DNA of 64,000 nucleotides, from NCBI GenBank assembly GCA_964016885.1, contig OZ024754.1, forward strand, positions 34,782,001 to 34,846,000, in the 5' to 3' direction. A program made the translations under genes and the position numbers. Positions 47,501 through 62,500 of this stretch are shown in pieces. Every line of letters starts with the position of its first letter. The first letter of the stretch is position 1. The notes beneath the pieces are model-generated. The model was not told the DNA's origin. It searched no databases and saw nothing but the letters and a program-made list of their open reading frames with translations. Source of the DNA: Eledone cirrhosa. Lineage: Eukaryota.

Positions 47501-50500
47501 TGAAGTGTATACAGAAAGAAACTAAAGAATGTAGATGAAGTGTATATAGAAAGAAACTAAAGAATGTAGATGAAGTGTATACAGAAAGAAACTAAAGAAT
47601 GTAGATGAAGTGTATATAGAAAGAAACTAAAGAATGTTGATGAAGTGTATATAGAAAGAAACTAAAGAATGTAGATGAAGTGTATACAGAAAGAAACTAA
47701 AGAATGTAGATGAAGTGTATATAGAAAGAAACTAAAGAATGTTGATGAAGTGTATACAGAAAGAAACTAAAGAATGTAGATGAAGTGTATATAGAAAGAA
47801 ACTAAAGAATGTAGATGAAGTGTATATAGAAAGAAACTAAAGAATGTAGATGAAGTGTATATAGAAAGAAACTAAAGAATGTAGATGAAGTGTATACAGA
47901 AAGAAACTAAAGAAGGTTGATGAAGTGTATACAGAAAGAAACTAAAGAATGTAGATGAAGTGTATATAGAAAGAAACTAAAGAATGTAGATGAAGTGTAT
48001 ATAGAAAGAAACTAAAGAATGTAGATGAAGTGTATACAGAAAGAAACTAAAGAATGTTGATGAAGTGTATACAGAAAGAAACTAAAGAATGTAGATGAAG
48101 TGTATGTAGAAAGAAACTAAAGAATGTAGATGAAGTGTATATAGAAAGAAACTAAAGAATGTAGATGTAGTGTATATAGAAAGAAACTAAAGAATGTAGA
48201 TGAAGTGTATACAGAAAGAAACTAAAGAATGATGATGAAGTGTATATAGAAAGAAACTAAAGAATGTTGATGAAGTGTATACAGAAAGAAACTAAAGAAT
48301 GTAGATGAAGTGTATATAGAAAGAAACTAAAGAATGTAGATGAAGTGTATATAGAAAGAAACTAAAAAATGTAGATGAAGTGTATACAGAAAGAAACTAA
48401 AGAATGTTGATGAAGTGTATATAGAAAGAAACTAAAGAATGTAGATGAAGTGTATACAGAAAGAAACTAAAGAATGTTGATGAAGTGTATATAGAATGAA
48501 ACTAAAGAATGTAGATGAAGTGTATACAGAAAGAAACTAAAGAATGTAGATGAAGTGTATATAGAAAGAAACTAAAGAATGTTGATGAAGTGTATACAGA
48601 AAGAAACTAAAGAATGTAGATGAAGTGTATATAGAAAGAAACTAAAGAATGTAGATGAAGTGTATATAGAAAGAAACTAAAGAATGTAGATGAAGTCTAT
48701 ACAGAAAGAAACTAAAGAATGTTGATGAAGTGTATATAGAATGAAACTAAAGAATGTAAATGAAGTGTATACAGAAAGAAACTAAAGAATGTTGATGAAG
48801 TGTATATAGAAAGAAACTAAAGAATATAGATGAAGTGTATATAGAAAGAAACTAAAGAATGTTGATGAAGTGTATATAGAAAGAAACTAAAGAATGTAGA
48901 TGAAGTGTATATAGAAAGAAACTAAAGAATGTAGATGAAGTGTATATAGAAAGAAACTAAAGAATGTTGATGAAGTGTATATAGAAAGAAACTAAAGAAT
49001 GTAGATGAAGTGTATACAGAAAGAAACTAAAGAATGTAGATGAAGTGTATATAGAAAGAAACTAAAGAATGTTGATGAAGTGTATACAGAAAGAAACTAA
49101 AGAATGTAGATGAAGTGTATATAGAAAGAAACTAAAGAATGTAGATGAAGTGTATATAGAAAGAAACTAAAGAATGTAGATGAAGTGTATATAGAAAGAA
49201 ACTAAAGAATGTAGATGAAGTGTATACAGAAAGAAACTAAAGAATGTTGATGAAGTGTATACAGAAAGAAACTAAAGAATGTAGATGAAGTGTATATAGA
49301 AAGAAACTAAAGAATGTAGATGAAGTGTATATAGAAAGAAACTAAAGAATGTAGATGAAGTGTATACAGAAAGAAACTAAAGAATGTTGATGAAGTGTAT
49401 ACAGAAAGAAACTAAAGAATGTAGATGAAGTGTATATAGAAAGAAACTAAAGAATGTAGATGAAGTGTATATAGAAAGAAACTAAAGAATGTAGATGTAG
49501 TGTATATAGAAAGAAACTAAAGAATGTAGATGAAGTGTATACAGAAAGAAACTAAAGAATGATGATGAAGTGTATATAGAAAGAAACTAAAGAATGTTGA
49601 TGAAGTGTATACAGAAAGAAACTAAAGAATGTAGATGAAGTGTATATAGAAAGAAACTAAAGAATGTAGATGAAGTGTATATAGAAAGAAACTAAAAAAT
49701 GTAGATGAAGTGTATACAGAAAGAAACTAAAGAATGTTGATGAAGTGTATATAGAAAGAAACTAAAGAATGTAGATGAAGTGTATACAGAAAGAAACTAA
49801 AGAATGTTGATGAAGTGTATATAGAATGAAACTAAAGAATGTAGATGAAGTGTATACAGAAAGAAACTAAAGAATGTAGATGAAGTGTATATAGAAAGAA
49901 ACTAAAGAATGTAGATGAAGTGTATATAGAAAGAAACTAAAGAATGTTGATGAAGTGTATATAGAAAGAAACTAAAGAATGTAGATGAAGTGTATACAGA
50001 AAGAAACTAAAGAATGTAGATGAAGTGTATACAGAAAGAAACTAAAGAATGTTGATGAAGTGTATATAGAAAGAAACTAAAGAATGTTGATGAAGTGTAT
50101 ATAGAAAGAAACTAAAGAATGTTCATGAAGTGTATATAGAAAGAAACTAAAGAATGTTGATGAAGTGTATACAGAAAGAAACTAAAGAATGTAGATGAAG
50201 TGTATATAGAAAGAAACTAAAGAATGTAGATGAAGTGTATACAGAAAGAAACTAAAGAATGTTGATGAAGTGTATATAGAAAGAAACTAAAGAATGTTGA
50301 GGAAGTGTATATAGAAAGAAACTAAAGAATGTAGATGAAGTGTATATAGAAAGAAACTAAAGAATGTTGATGAAGTGTATATAGAAAGAAACTAAAGAAT
50401 GTAGATGAAGTGTATATAGAAAGAAACTAAAGAATGTAGATGAAGTGTATATAGAAAGAAACTAAAGAATGTTGATGAAGTGTATATAGAAAGAAACTAA

Positions 50501-53500
50501 AGAATGTAGATGAAGTGTATATAGAAAGAAACTAAAGAATGTTGATGAAGTGTATATAGAAAGAAACTAAAGAATGTAGATGAAGTGTATATAGAAAGAA
50601 ACTAAAGAATGTTGATGAAGTGTATATAGAAAGAAACTAAAGAATGTAGATGGAGTGTATATAGAAAGAAACTAAAGAATGTAGATGAAGTGTATACAGA
50701 AAGAAACTAAAGAATGTTGATGAAGTGTATATAGAAAGAAACTAAAGAATGTAGATGAAGTGTATATAGAAAGAAACTAAAGAATGTAGATGAAGTGTAT
50801 ATAGAAAGAAACTAAAGAATGTTGATGAAGTGTATATAGAAAGAAACTAAAGAATGTAGATGAAGTGTATATAGAAAGAAACTAAAGAATGTTGATGAAG
50901 TGTATATAGAAAGAAACTAAAGAATGTAGATGAAGTGTATATAGAAAGAAACTAAAGAATGTAGATGAAGTGTATACAGAAAGAAACTAAAGAATGTTGA
51001 TGAAGTGTATATAGAAAGAAACTAAAGAATGTAGATGAAGTGTATAAAGAAAGAAACTAAAGAATGTAGATGAAGTGTATATAGAAAGAAACTAAAGAAT
51101 GTAGATGAAGTGTATATAGAAAGAAACTAAAGAATGTTGATGAAGTGTATATAGAAAGAAACTAAAGAATGTAGATGAAGTGTATATAGAAAGAAACTAA
51201 AGAATGTTGATGAAGTGTATATAGAAAGAAACTAAAGAATGTAGATGAAGTGTATATAGAAAGAAACTAAAGAATGTAGATGAAGTGTATATAGAAAGAA
51301 ACTAAAGAATGTTGATGAAGTGTATATAGAAAGAAACTAAAGAATGTAGATGAAGTGTATATAGAAAGAAACTAAAGAATGTAGATGAAGTGTATATAGA
51401 AAGAAACTAAAGAATGTAGATGAAGTGTATACAGAAAGAAACTAAAGAATGTTGATGAAGTGTATATAGAAAGAAACTAAAGAATGTAGATGAAGTGTAT
51501 ATAGAAAGAAACTAAAGAATGTAGATGAAGTGTATATAGAAAGAAACTAAAGAATGTAGATGAAGTGTATATAGAAAGAAACTAAAGAATGTTGATGAAG
51601 TGTATATAGAAAGAAACTAAAGAATGTAGATGAAGTGTATATAGAAAGAAACTAAAGAATGTTGATGAAGTGTATATAGAAAGAAACTAAAGAATGTAGA
51701 TGAAGTGTATATAGAAAGAAACTAAAGAATGTAGATGAAGTGTATACAGAAAGAAACTAAAGAATGTTGATGAAGTGTATATAGAAAGAAACTAAAGAAT
51801 GTAGATGAAGTGTATACAGAAAGAAACTAAAGAATGTTGATGAAGTGTATATAGAAAGAATCTAAAGAATGTTGATGAAGTGTATACAGAAAGAAACTAA
51901 AGAATGTTGATGAAGTGTATATAGAAAGAAACTAAAGAATGTAGATGAAGTGTATATAGAAAGAAACTAAAGAATGTTGATGAAGTGTATATAGAAAGAA
52001 ACAAAAGAACGTTGATGAAGTATATATAGAAAGAAACTAAAGAATGTTGATGAAGTGTATATAGAAAGAAATTAAAGAATGTAGATGAAGTGTATATAGA
52101 AAGAAACTAAAGAATGTTGATGAAGTGTATACAGAAAGAAACTAAAGAATGTAGATGAAGTGTATATAGAAAGAAACTAAAGAATGTTGATGAAGTGTAT
52201 ACAGAAAGAAACTAAAGAATGTTGATGAAGTGTATACAGAAAGAAACTAAAGAATGTAGATGAAGTGTATACAGAAAGAAACTAAAGAATGTTGATGAAG
52301 TGTATACAGAAAGAAACTAAAGAATGTAGATGAAGTGTATACAGAAAGAAACTAAAGAATGTTGATGAAGTGTATACAGAAAGAAACTAAAGAATGTAGA
52401 TGAAGTGTATATAGAAAGAAACTAAAGAATGTAGATGAAGTGTATATAGAAAGAAACTAAAGAATGTAGATGTAGTGTATATAGAAAGAAACTAAAGAAT
52501 GTAGATGAAGTGTATACAGAAAGAAACTAAAGAATGATGATGAAGTGTATATAGAAAGAAACTAAAGAATGTTGATGAAGTGTATACAGAAAGAAACTAA
52601 AGAATGTAGATGAAGTGTATATAGAAAGAAACTAAAGAATGTAGATGAAGTGTATATAGAAAGAAACTAAAGAATGTAGATGAAGTGTATACAGAAAGAA
52701 ACTAAAGAATGTTGATGAAGTGTATATAGAAAGAAACTAAAGAATGTAGATGAAGTGTATACAGAAAGAAACTAAAGAATGTTGATGAAGTGTATATAGA
52801 ATGAAACTAAAGAATGTAGATGAAGTGTATACAGAAAGAAACTAAAGAATGTAGATGAAGTGTATATAGAAAGAAACTAAAGAATGTAGATGAAGTGTAT
52901 ATAGAAAGAAACTAAAGAATGTAGATGAAGTGTATATAGAAAGAAACTAAAGAATGTTGATGAAGTGTATATAGAAAGAAACTAAAGAATGTAGATGAAG
53001 TGTATACAGAAAGAAACTAAAGAATGTAGATGAAGTGTATACAGAAAGAAACTAAAGAATGTTGATGAAGTGTATATAGAAAGAAACTAAAGAATGTTGA
53101 TGAAGTGTATATAGAAAGAAACTAAAGAATGTTCATGAAGTGTATATAGAAAGAAACTAAAGAATGTTGATGAAGTGTATACAGAAAGAAACTAAAGAAT
53201 GTAGATGAAGTGTATATAGAAAGAAACTAAAGAATGTAGATGAAGTGTATACAGAAAGAAACTAAAGAATGTTGATGAAGTGTATATAGAAAGAAACTAA
53301 AGAATGTTGATGAAGTGTATATAGAAAGAAACTAAAGAATGTAGATGAAGTGTATATAGAAAGAAACTAAAGAATGTTGATGAAGTGTATATAGAAAGAA
53401 ACTAAAGAATGTAGATGAAGTGTATATAGAAAGAAACTAAAGAATGTAGATGAAGTGTATATAGAAAGAAACTAAAGAATGTTGATGAAGTGTATATAGA

Positions 53501-56500
53501 AAGAAACTAAAGAATGTAGATGAAGTGTATATAGAAAGAAACTAAAGAATGTTGATGAAGTGTATATAGAAAGAAACTAAAGAATGTAGATGAAGTGTAT
53601 ATAGAAAGAAACTAAAGAATGTTGATGAAGTGTATATAGAAAGAAAATAAAGAATGTAGATGAAGTGTATATAGAAAGAAACTAAAGAATGTAGATGAAG
53701 TGTATACAGAAAGAAACTAAAGAATGTTGATGAAGTGTATATAGAAAGAAACTAAAGAATGTAGATGAAGTGTATATAGAAAGAAACTAAAGAATGTAGA
53801 TGAAGTGTATATAGAAAGAAACTAAAGAATGTTGATGAAGTGTATATAGAAAGAAACTAAAGAATGTAGATGAAGTGTATATAGAAAGAAACTAAAGTAT
53901 GTTGATGAAGTGTATATAGAAAGAAACTAAAGAATGTAGATGAAGTGTATATAGAAAGAAACTAAAGAATGTAGATGAAGTGTATACAGAAAGAAACTAA
54001 AGAATGTTGATGAAGTGTATATAGAAAGAAACTAAAGAATGTAGATGAAGTGTATTTAGAAAGAAACTAAAGAATGTAGATGAAGTGTATATAGAAAGAA
54101 ACTAAAGAATGTAGATGAAGTGTATATAGAAAGAAACTAAAGAATGTTGATGAAGTGTATATAGAAAGAAACTAAAGAATGTAGATGAAGTGTATATAGA
54201 AAGAAACTAAAGAATGTTGATGAAGTGTATATAGAAAGAAACTAAAGAATGTAGATGAAGTGTATATAGAAAGCAACTAAAGAATGTAGATGAAGTGTAT
54301 ATAGAAAGAAACTAAAGAATGTTGATGAAGTGTATATAGAAAGAAACTAAAGAATGTAGATGAAGTGTATATAGAAAGAAACTAAAGAATGTAGATGAAG
54401 TGTATATAGAAAGAAACTAAAGAATGTAGATGAAGTGTATACAGAAAGAAACTAAAGAATGTAGATGAAGTGTATATAGAAAGAAACTAAAGAATGTAGA
54501 TGAAGTGTATATAGAAAGAAACTAAAGAATGTAGATGAAGTGTATATAGAAAGAAACTAAAGAATGTAGATGAAGTGTATACAGAAAGAAACTAAAGAAT
54601 GTTGATGAAGTGTATATAGAAAGAATCTAAAGAATGTTGATGAAGTGTATACAGAAAGAAACTAAAGAATGTTGATGAAGTGTATATAGAAAGAAACTAA
54701 AGAATGTAGATGAAGTGTATATAGAAAGAAACTAAAGAATGTTGATGAAGTGTATATAGAAAGAAACAAAAGAACGTTGATGAAGTATATATAGAAAGAA
54801 ACTAAAGAATGTTGATGAAGTGTATATAGAAAGAAATTAAAGAATGTAGATGAAGTGTATATAGAAAGAAACTAAAGAATGTTGATGAAGTGTATACAGA
54901 AAGAAACTCCAGAATATTGATAAAGTGTATATAGAAAGAAACTAAAGAATGTAGATGAAGTGTATATAGAAAGAAACTCCAGAATGTTGATGAAGTGTAT
55001 ATAGAAAGAAACTAAAGAATGTTAATGAAGTATATACAGAAAGAAACTAAAGAATGTAGATGAAGTGTATATAGAAAGAAACTAAAGAATGTTGATGAAG
55101 TGTATATAGAAAGAAACTAAAGAATGTAGATGAAGTGTATATAGAAAGAAACTAAAGAATGTTGATGAAGTGTATATAGAAAGAAACTAAAGAATGTTGA
55201 TGAAGTGTATATAGAAAGAAACTAAAGAATGTTGATGAAGTGTATATAGAAAGAAACTAAAGAATGTAGATGAAGTGTATATAGAAAGAAACTAAAGAAT
55301 GTTGATGAAGTCTATATAGAAAGAAACTAAAGAACGTAGATGAAGTGTATATAGAAAGAAACTAAAGAATGTAGATGAAGTGTATACAGAAAGAAACTAA
55401 AGAATGTAGATGAAGGGTATATAGAAAGAAACTAAAGAACGTAGATGAAGTGTATATAGAAAGAAACTAAAGAATGTTGATGAAGTGTATACAGAAAGAA
55501 ACTAAAGAATGTTGATGAAGTGTATATAGAAAGAAACTAAAGAATGTAGATGAAGTGTATACAGAAAGAAACTAAAGAATGTTGATGAAGTGTATATAGA
55601 AAGAAACTAAAGAATGTAGATGAAGTGTATATAGAAAGAAACTAAAGAATGTTGATGAAGTCTATATAGAAAGAAACTAAAGAACGAAGATGAAGTGTAT
55701 ACAGAAAGAAACTAAAGAATGTAGATGAAGTGTATACAGAAAGAAACTAAAGAATGTTGATGAAGTGTATACAGAAAGAAACTAAAGAATGTAGATGAAG
55801 TGTATACAGAAAGAAACTAAAGAATGTTGATGAAGTGTATACAGAAAGAAACTAAAGAATGTTGATGAAGTGTATACAGAAAGAAACTACAGAATATTAA
55901 TAAAGTGTATATAGAAAGAAACTAAAGAATGTAGATGAAGTGTATACAGAAAGAAACTAAAGAATGTTGATGAAGTGTATACAGAAAGAAACTAAAGAAT
56001 GTAGATGAAGTGTATACAGAAAGAAACTAAAGAATGTTGATGAAGTGTATACAGAAAGAAACTAAAGAATGTTGATGAAGTGTATACAGAAAGAAACTAC
56101 AGAATATTAATAAAGTGTATATAGAAAGAAACTAAAGAATGTAGATGAAGTGTATACAGAAAGAAACTAAATAATGTTGATGAAGTGTATACAGAAAGAA
56201 ACTACAGAATATTAATAAAGTGTATATAGAAAGAAACTAAAGAATGTAGATGAAGTGTATAAAGAAAGAAACTAAAGAATGTTGATGAAGTGTATGCAGA
56301 AAGAAACTAAAGAATGTTGAAGTGTATATAGAAAGAAACTACAGAATGTTGATGAAGTGTATACAGAAAGAAACTAAATAATGTTGATGAAGTGTATACA
56401 GAAAGAAACTACAGAATATTAATAAAGTGTATATAGAAAGAAACTAAAGAATGTAGATGAAGTGTATATAGAAAGAAACTAAAGAATGTTGATGAAGTGT

Positions 56501-59500
56501 ATATAGAAAGAAACTAAAGATTGTTGATGAAGTGTATACAGAAAGAAACTAAAGAATGTAGATGAAGTGTATACAGAAAGAAACTAAAGAATGTAGATGA
56601 AGTGTATATAGAAAGAAACTAAAGAATGTAGATGAAGTGTATGCAGAAAGAAACTAAAGAATGTAGATGAAGTGTATATAGAAAGAAACTAAAGAATGTT
56701 GATGAAGTGTATATAGAAAGAAACTAAAGAATGTAGATGAAGTGTATATAGAAAGAAACTAAAGAATGTAGATGAAGTGTATACAGAAAGAAACTAAAGA
56801 ATGTAGATGAAGTGTATACAGAAAGAAACTAAAGAATGTAGATGAAGTGTATATAGAAAGAAACTAAAGAATGTAGATGAAGTGTATACAGAAAGAAACT
56901 AAAGAATGTAGATGAAGTGTATATAGAAAGAAACTAAAGAATGTTGATGAAGTGTATATAGAAAGAAACTAAAGAATGTAGATGAAGTGTATATAGAAAG
57001 AAACTAAAGAATGTAGATGAAGTGTATATAGAAAGAAACTAAAGAATGTAGATGAAGTGTATATAGAAAGAAACTAAAGAATGTAGATGAAGTGTATACA
57101 GAAAGAAACTAAAGAATGTTGATGAAGTGTATATAGAAAGAAACTAAAGAATGTAGATGAAGTGTATATAGAAAGAAACTAAAGAATGTAGATGAAGTGT
57201 ATATAGAAAGAAACTAAAGAATGTAGATGAAGTGTATACAGAAAGAAACTAAAGAATGTAGATGGAGTGTATATAGAAAGAAACTAAAGAATGTTGATGA
57301 AGTGTATATAGAAAGAAACTAAAGAATGTTGATGAAGTGTATACAGAAAGAAACTAAAGAATGTAGATGTAGTGTATACAGAAAGAATCTAAAGAATGTT
57401 GAAGTGTATACAGAATGAAACTACAGAATGTAGATGAAGTGTATATAGAAAGAAACTAAAGAATGTAGATGAAGTGTATACAGAAAGAAACTAAAGAATG
57501 TTGATGAAGTGTATATAGAAAGAAACTAAAGAATGTAGATGAAGTGTATACAGAAAGAAACTAAAGAATGTAGATGAAGTGTATATAGAAAGAAACTAAA
57601 GAATGTAGATGAAGTGTATATAGAAAGAAACTAAAGAATGTAGATGAAGTGTATATAGAAAGAAACTAAAGAATGTTGATGAAGTGTATATAGAAAGAAA
57701 CTAAAGAATGTAGATGAAGTGTATACAGAAAGAAACTAAAGAATGTTGATGAAGTGTATATAGAAAGAAACTAAAGAATGTTGATGAAGTATATATAGAA
57801 AGAAACTAAAGAATGTAGATGAAGTGTATATAGAAAGAAACTAAAGAATGTAGATGAAGTGTATATAGAAAGAAACTAAAGAATGTTGATGAAGTGTATA
57901 TAGAAAGAAACTAAAGAATGTAGATGAAGTGTATACAGAAAGAAACTAAAGAATGTTGATGAAGTGTATATAGAAAGAAACTAAAGAATGTTGATGAAGT
58001 GTATATAGAAAGAAACTAAAGAATGTAGATGAAGTGTATACAGAAAGAAACTAAAGAATGTTGATGAAGTGTATATAGAAAGAAACTAAAGAATGTTGAT
58101 GAAGTGTATATAGAAAGAAACTAAAGAATGTAGATGAAGTGTATACAGAAAGAAACTAAAGAATGTTGATGAAGTGTATATAGAAAGAAACTAAAGAATG
58201 TTGATGAAGTGTATATAGAAAGAAACTAAAGAATGTAGATGAAGTGTATATAGAAAGAAACTAAAGAATGTAGATGAAGTGTATATAGAAAGAAACTAAA
58301 GAATGTAGATGAAGTGTATATAGAAAGAAACTAAAGAATGTAGATGAAGTGTATATAGAAAGAAACTAAAGAATGTTGATGAAGTGTATATAGAAAGAAA
58401 CTAAAGAATGTAGATGAAGTGTATACAGAAAGAAACTAAAGAATGTTGATGAAGTGTATATAGAAAGAAACTAAAGAATGTTGATGAAGTGTATATAGAA
58501 AGAAACTAAAGAATGTAGATGAAGTGTATATAGAAAGAAACTAAAGAATGTAGATGAAGTGTATATAGAAAGAAACTAAAGAATGTTGATGAAGTGTATA
58601 TAGAAAGAAACTAAAGAATGTAGATGAAGTGTATACAGAAAGAAACTAAAGAATGTTGATGAAGTGTATATAGAAAGAAACTAAAGAATGTTGATGAAGT
58701 GTATATAGAAAGAAACTAAAGAATGTAGATGAAGTGTATATAGAAAGAAACTAAAGAATGTAGATGAAGTGTATATAGAAAGAAACTAAAGAATGTTGAT
58801 GAAGTGTATATAGAAAGAAACTAAGGAATGTAGATGAAGTGTATACGGAAAGAAACTAAAGAATGTTGATGAAGTGTATATAGAAAGAAACTAAAGAATG
58901 TTGATGAAGTGTATATAGAAAGAAACTAAAGAATGTAGATGAAGTGTATACAGAAAGAAACTAAAGAATGTTGATGAAGTGTATACAGAAAGAAACTAAA
59001 GAATGTTGATGAAGTGTATATAGAAAGAAACTAAAGAATGTAGATGAAGTGTATACAGAAAGAAACTAAAGAATGTTGATGAAGTGTATATAGAAAGAAA
59101 CTAAAGAATGTTGATGAAGTGTATATAGAAAGAAACTAAAGAATGTAGATGAAGTGTATATAGAAAGAAACTAAAGAATGTAGATGAAGTGTATATAGAA
59201 AGAAACTAAAGAATGTAGATGAAGTGTATATAGAAAGAAACTAAAGAATGTAGATGAAGTGTATATAGAAAGAAACTAAAGAATGTTGATGAAGTGTATA
59301 TAGAAAGAAACTAAAGAATGTAGATGAAGTGTATACAGAAAGAAACTAAAGAATGTAGATGAAGTGTATATAGAAAGAAACTAAAGAATGTTGATGAAGT
59401 GTATATAGAAAGAAACTAAAGAATGTTGATGAAGTGTATACAGAAAGAAACTAAAGAATGTAGATGAAGTGTATATAGAAAGAAACTAAAGAATGTAGAT

Positions 59501-62500
59501 GAAGTGTATACAGAAAGAAACTAAAGAATGTTGATGAAGTGTATACAGAAAGAAACTAAAGAATGTAGATGAAGTGTATATAGAAAGAAACTAAAGAATG
59601 TTGATGAAGTGTATATAGAAAGAAACTAAAGAATGTTGATGAAGTGTATATAGAAAGAAACTAAAGAATGTAGATGAAGTGTATATAGAAAGAAACTAAA
59701 GAATGTAGATGAAGTGTATACAGAAAGAAACTAAAGAATGTTGATGAAGTGTATACAGAAAGAAACTAAAGAATGTAGATGAAGTGTATATAGAAAGAAA
59801 CTAAAGAATGTTGATGAAGTGTATATAGAAAGAAACTAAAGAATGTAGATGTAGTGTATATAGAAAGAAACTAAAGAATGTTGATGAAGTGAATATAGAA
59901 AGAAACTAAAGAATGTTGATGAAGTGTATACAGAAAGAAACTAAAGAATGTTGATGAAGTGTATATAGAATGAAACTAAAGAATGTTGATGAAGTGTATA
60001 CAGAAAGAAACTAAAGAATGTTGATGAAGTGTATATAGAAAGAAACTAAAGAATGTAGATGAAGTGTATATAGAAAGAAACTAAATAATGTTGATGAAGT
60101 GTATACAGAAAGAAACTAAAGAATGTTGATGAAGTGTATATAGAAATAAACTAAAGAATGTAGATGAAGTGTATATAGAAAGAAACTAAAGAATGTAGAT
60201 GAAGTGTATACAGAAAGAAACTAAAGAATGTTGATGAAGTGTATACAGAAAGAAACTAAAGAATGTAGATGAAGTGTATATAGAAAGAAACTAAAGAATG
60301 TAGATGTAGTGTATATAGAAAGAAACTAAAGAATGTTGATGAAGTGTATACAGAAAGAAACTAAAGAATGTAGATGAAGTGTATATAGAAAGAAACTAAA
60401 GAATGTAGATGAAGTGTATACAGAAAGAAACTAAAGAATGTAGATGAAGTGTATATAGAAAGAAACTAAAGAATGTTGATGAAGTGTATATAGAAAGAAA
60501 CTAAAGAATGTAGATGAAGTGTATATAGAAAGAAACTAAAGAATGTAGATGTAGTGTATATAGAAAGAAACTAAAGAATGTTGATGAAGTGTATATAGAA
60601 AGAAACTAAAGAATGTAGATGAAGTGTATATAGAAAGAAACTAAAGAATGTAGATGAAGTGTATACAGAATGAAACTAAAGAATGTAGATGAAGTGTATA
60701 CAGAAAGAAACTAAAGAATGTTGATGAAGTGTATATAGAAAGAAACTAAAGAATGTTGATGAAGTGTATACAGAAAGAAACTAAAGAATGTAGATGAAGT
60801 GTATATAGAAAGAAACTAAAGAATGTAGATGTAGTGTATATAGAAAGAAACTAAAGAATGTAGATGAAGTGTATATAGAAAGAAACTAAAGAATGTAGAT
60901 GTAGTGTATATAGAAAGAAACTAAAGAACGTTGATGAAGTGTATATAGAAAGAAACTAAAGAATGTTGATGAAGTGTATATAGAAAGCAACTAAAGAATG
61001 TAGATGAAGTGTATACAGAAAGAAACTAAAGAATGTAGATGAAGTGTATACAGAAAGAAAATAAAGAATGTTGATGAAGTGTATACAGAAAGAAACTAAA
61101 GAATGTAGATGTAGTGTATATAGAAAGAAACTAAAGAATGTTGATGAAGTGTATATAGAAAGAAACTAAAGAATGTTGATGAAGTGTATATAGAAAGAAA
61201 CTAAAGAATGTAGATGAAGTGTATACAGAAAGAAACTAAAGAATGTAGATGAAGTGTATACAGAAAGAAACTAAAGAATGTAGATGAAGTGTATACAGAA
61301 AGAAACTAAAGAATGTTGATGAAGTGTATACAGAATGAAACTAAAGAATGTTGATGAAGTGTATATAGAAAGAAACTAAAGAATGTTGATGAAGTGTATA
61401 TAGAAAGAAACTAAAGAATGTAGATGAAGTGTATACAGAAAGAAACTAAAGAATGTTGATGAAGTGTATACAGAAAGAAACTAAAGAATGTAGATGAAGT
61501 GTATACAGAAAGAAACTAAAGAATGTAGATGAAGTGTATACAGAAAGAAACTAAAGAATGTAGATGTAGTGTATATAGAAAGAAACTAAAGAATGTTGAT
61601 GAAGCGTATACAGAAAGAAACTAAAGAATGTAGATGAAGTGTATATAGAAAGAAACTAAAGAATGTTGATGAAGTGTATATAGAAAGAAACTAAAGAATG
61701 TTGATTAAGTGTATATAGAAAGAAACTAAAGAATGTAGATGAAGTGTAAATAGAAAGAAACTAAAGAATGTAGATGAAGTGTATACAGAAAGAAACTAAA
61801 GAATGTTGATGAAGTGTATACAGAAAGAAACTAAAGAATGTAGATGAAGTGTATATAGAAAGAAACTAAAGAATGTTGATGAAGTGTATATAGAAAGAAA
61901 CTAAAGAATGTAGATGTAGTGTATATAGAAAGAAACTAAAGAATGTTGATGAAGTGTATATAGAAAGAAACTAAAGAATGTTGATGAAGTGTATACAGAA
62001 AGAAACTAAAGAATGTTGATGAACTGTATATAGAATGAAACTAAAGAATGTTGATGAAGTGTATACAGAAAGAAACTAAAGAATGTTGATGAAGTGTATA
62101 TAGAAAGAAACTAAAGAATGTAGATGAAGTGTATATAGAAAGAAACTAAATAATGTTGATGAAGTGTATACAGAAAGAAACTAAAGAATGTAGATGAAGT
62201 GTATATAGAAAGAAACTAAAGAATATTAATAAAGTGTATATAGAAAGAAACTAAAGAATGTTGATGAAGTGTATATAGAAAGAAACTAAAGAATGTAGAT
62301 GAAGTGTATATAGAAAGAAACTAAAGAATGTTGATGAAGTGTATATAGAAAGAAACTAAAGAATGTTGATGAAGTGTATATAGAAAGAAACTAAAGAATG
62401 TAGATGAAGTGTATATAGAAAGAAACTAAAGAATGTAGATGAAGTGTATACAGAAAGAAACTAAAGAATGTTGATGAAGTGTATACAGAAAGAAACTAAA

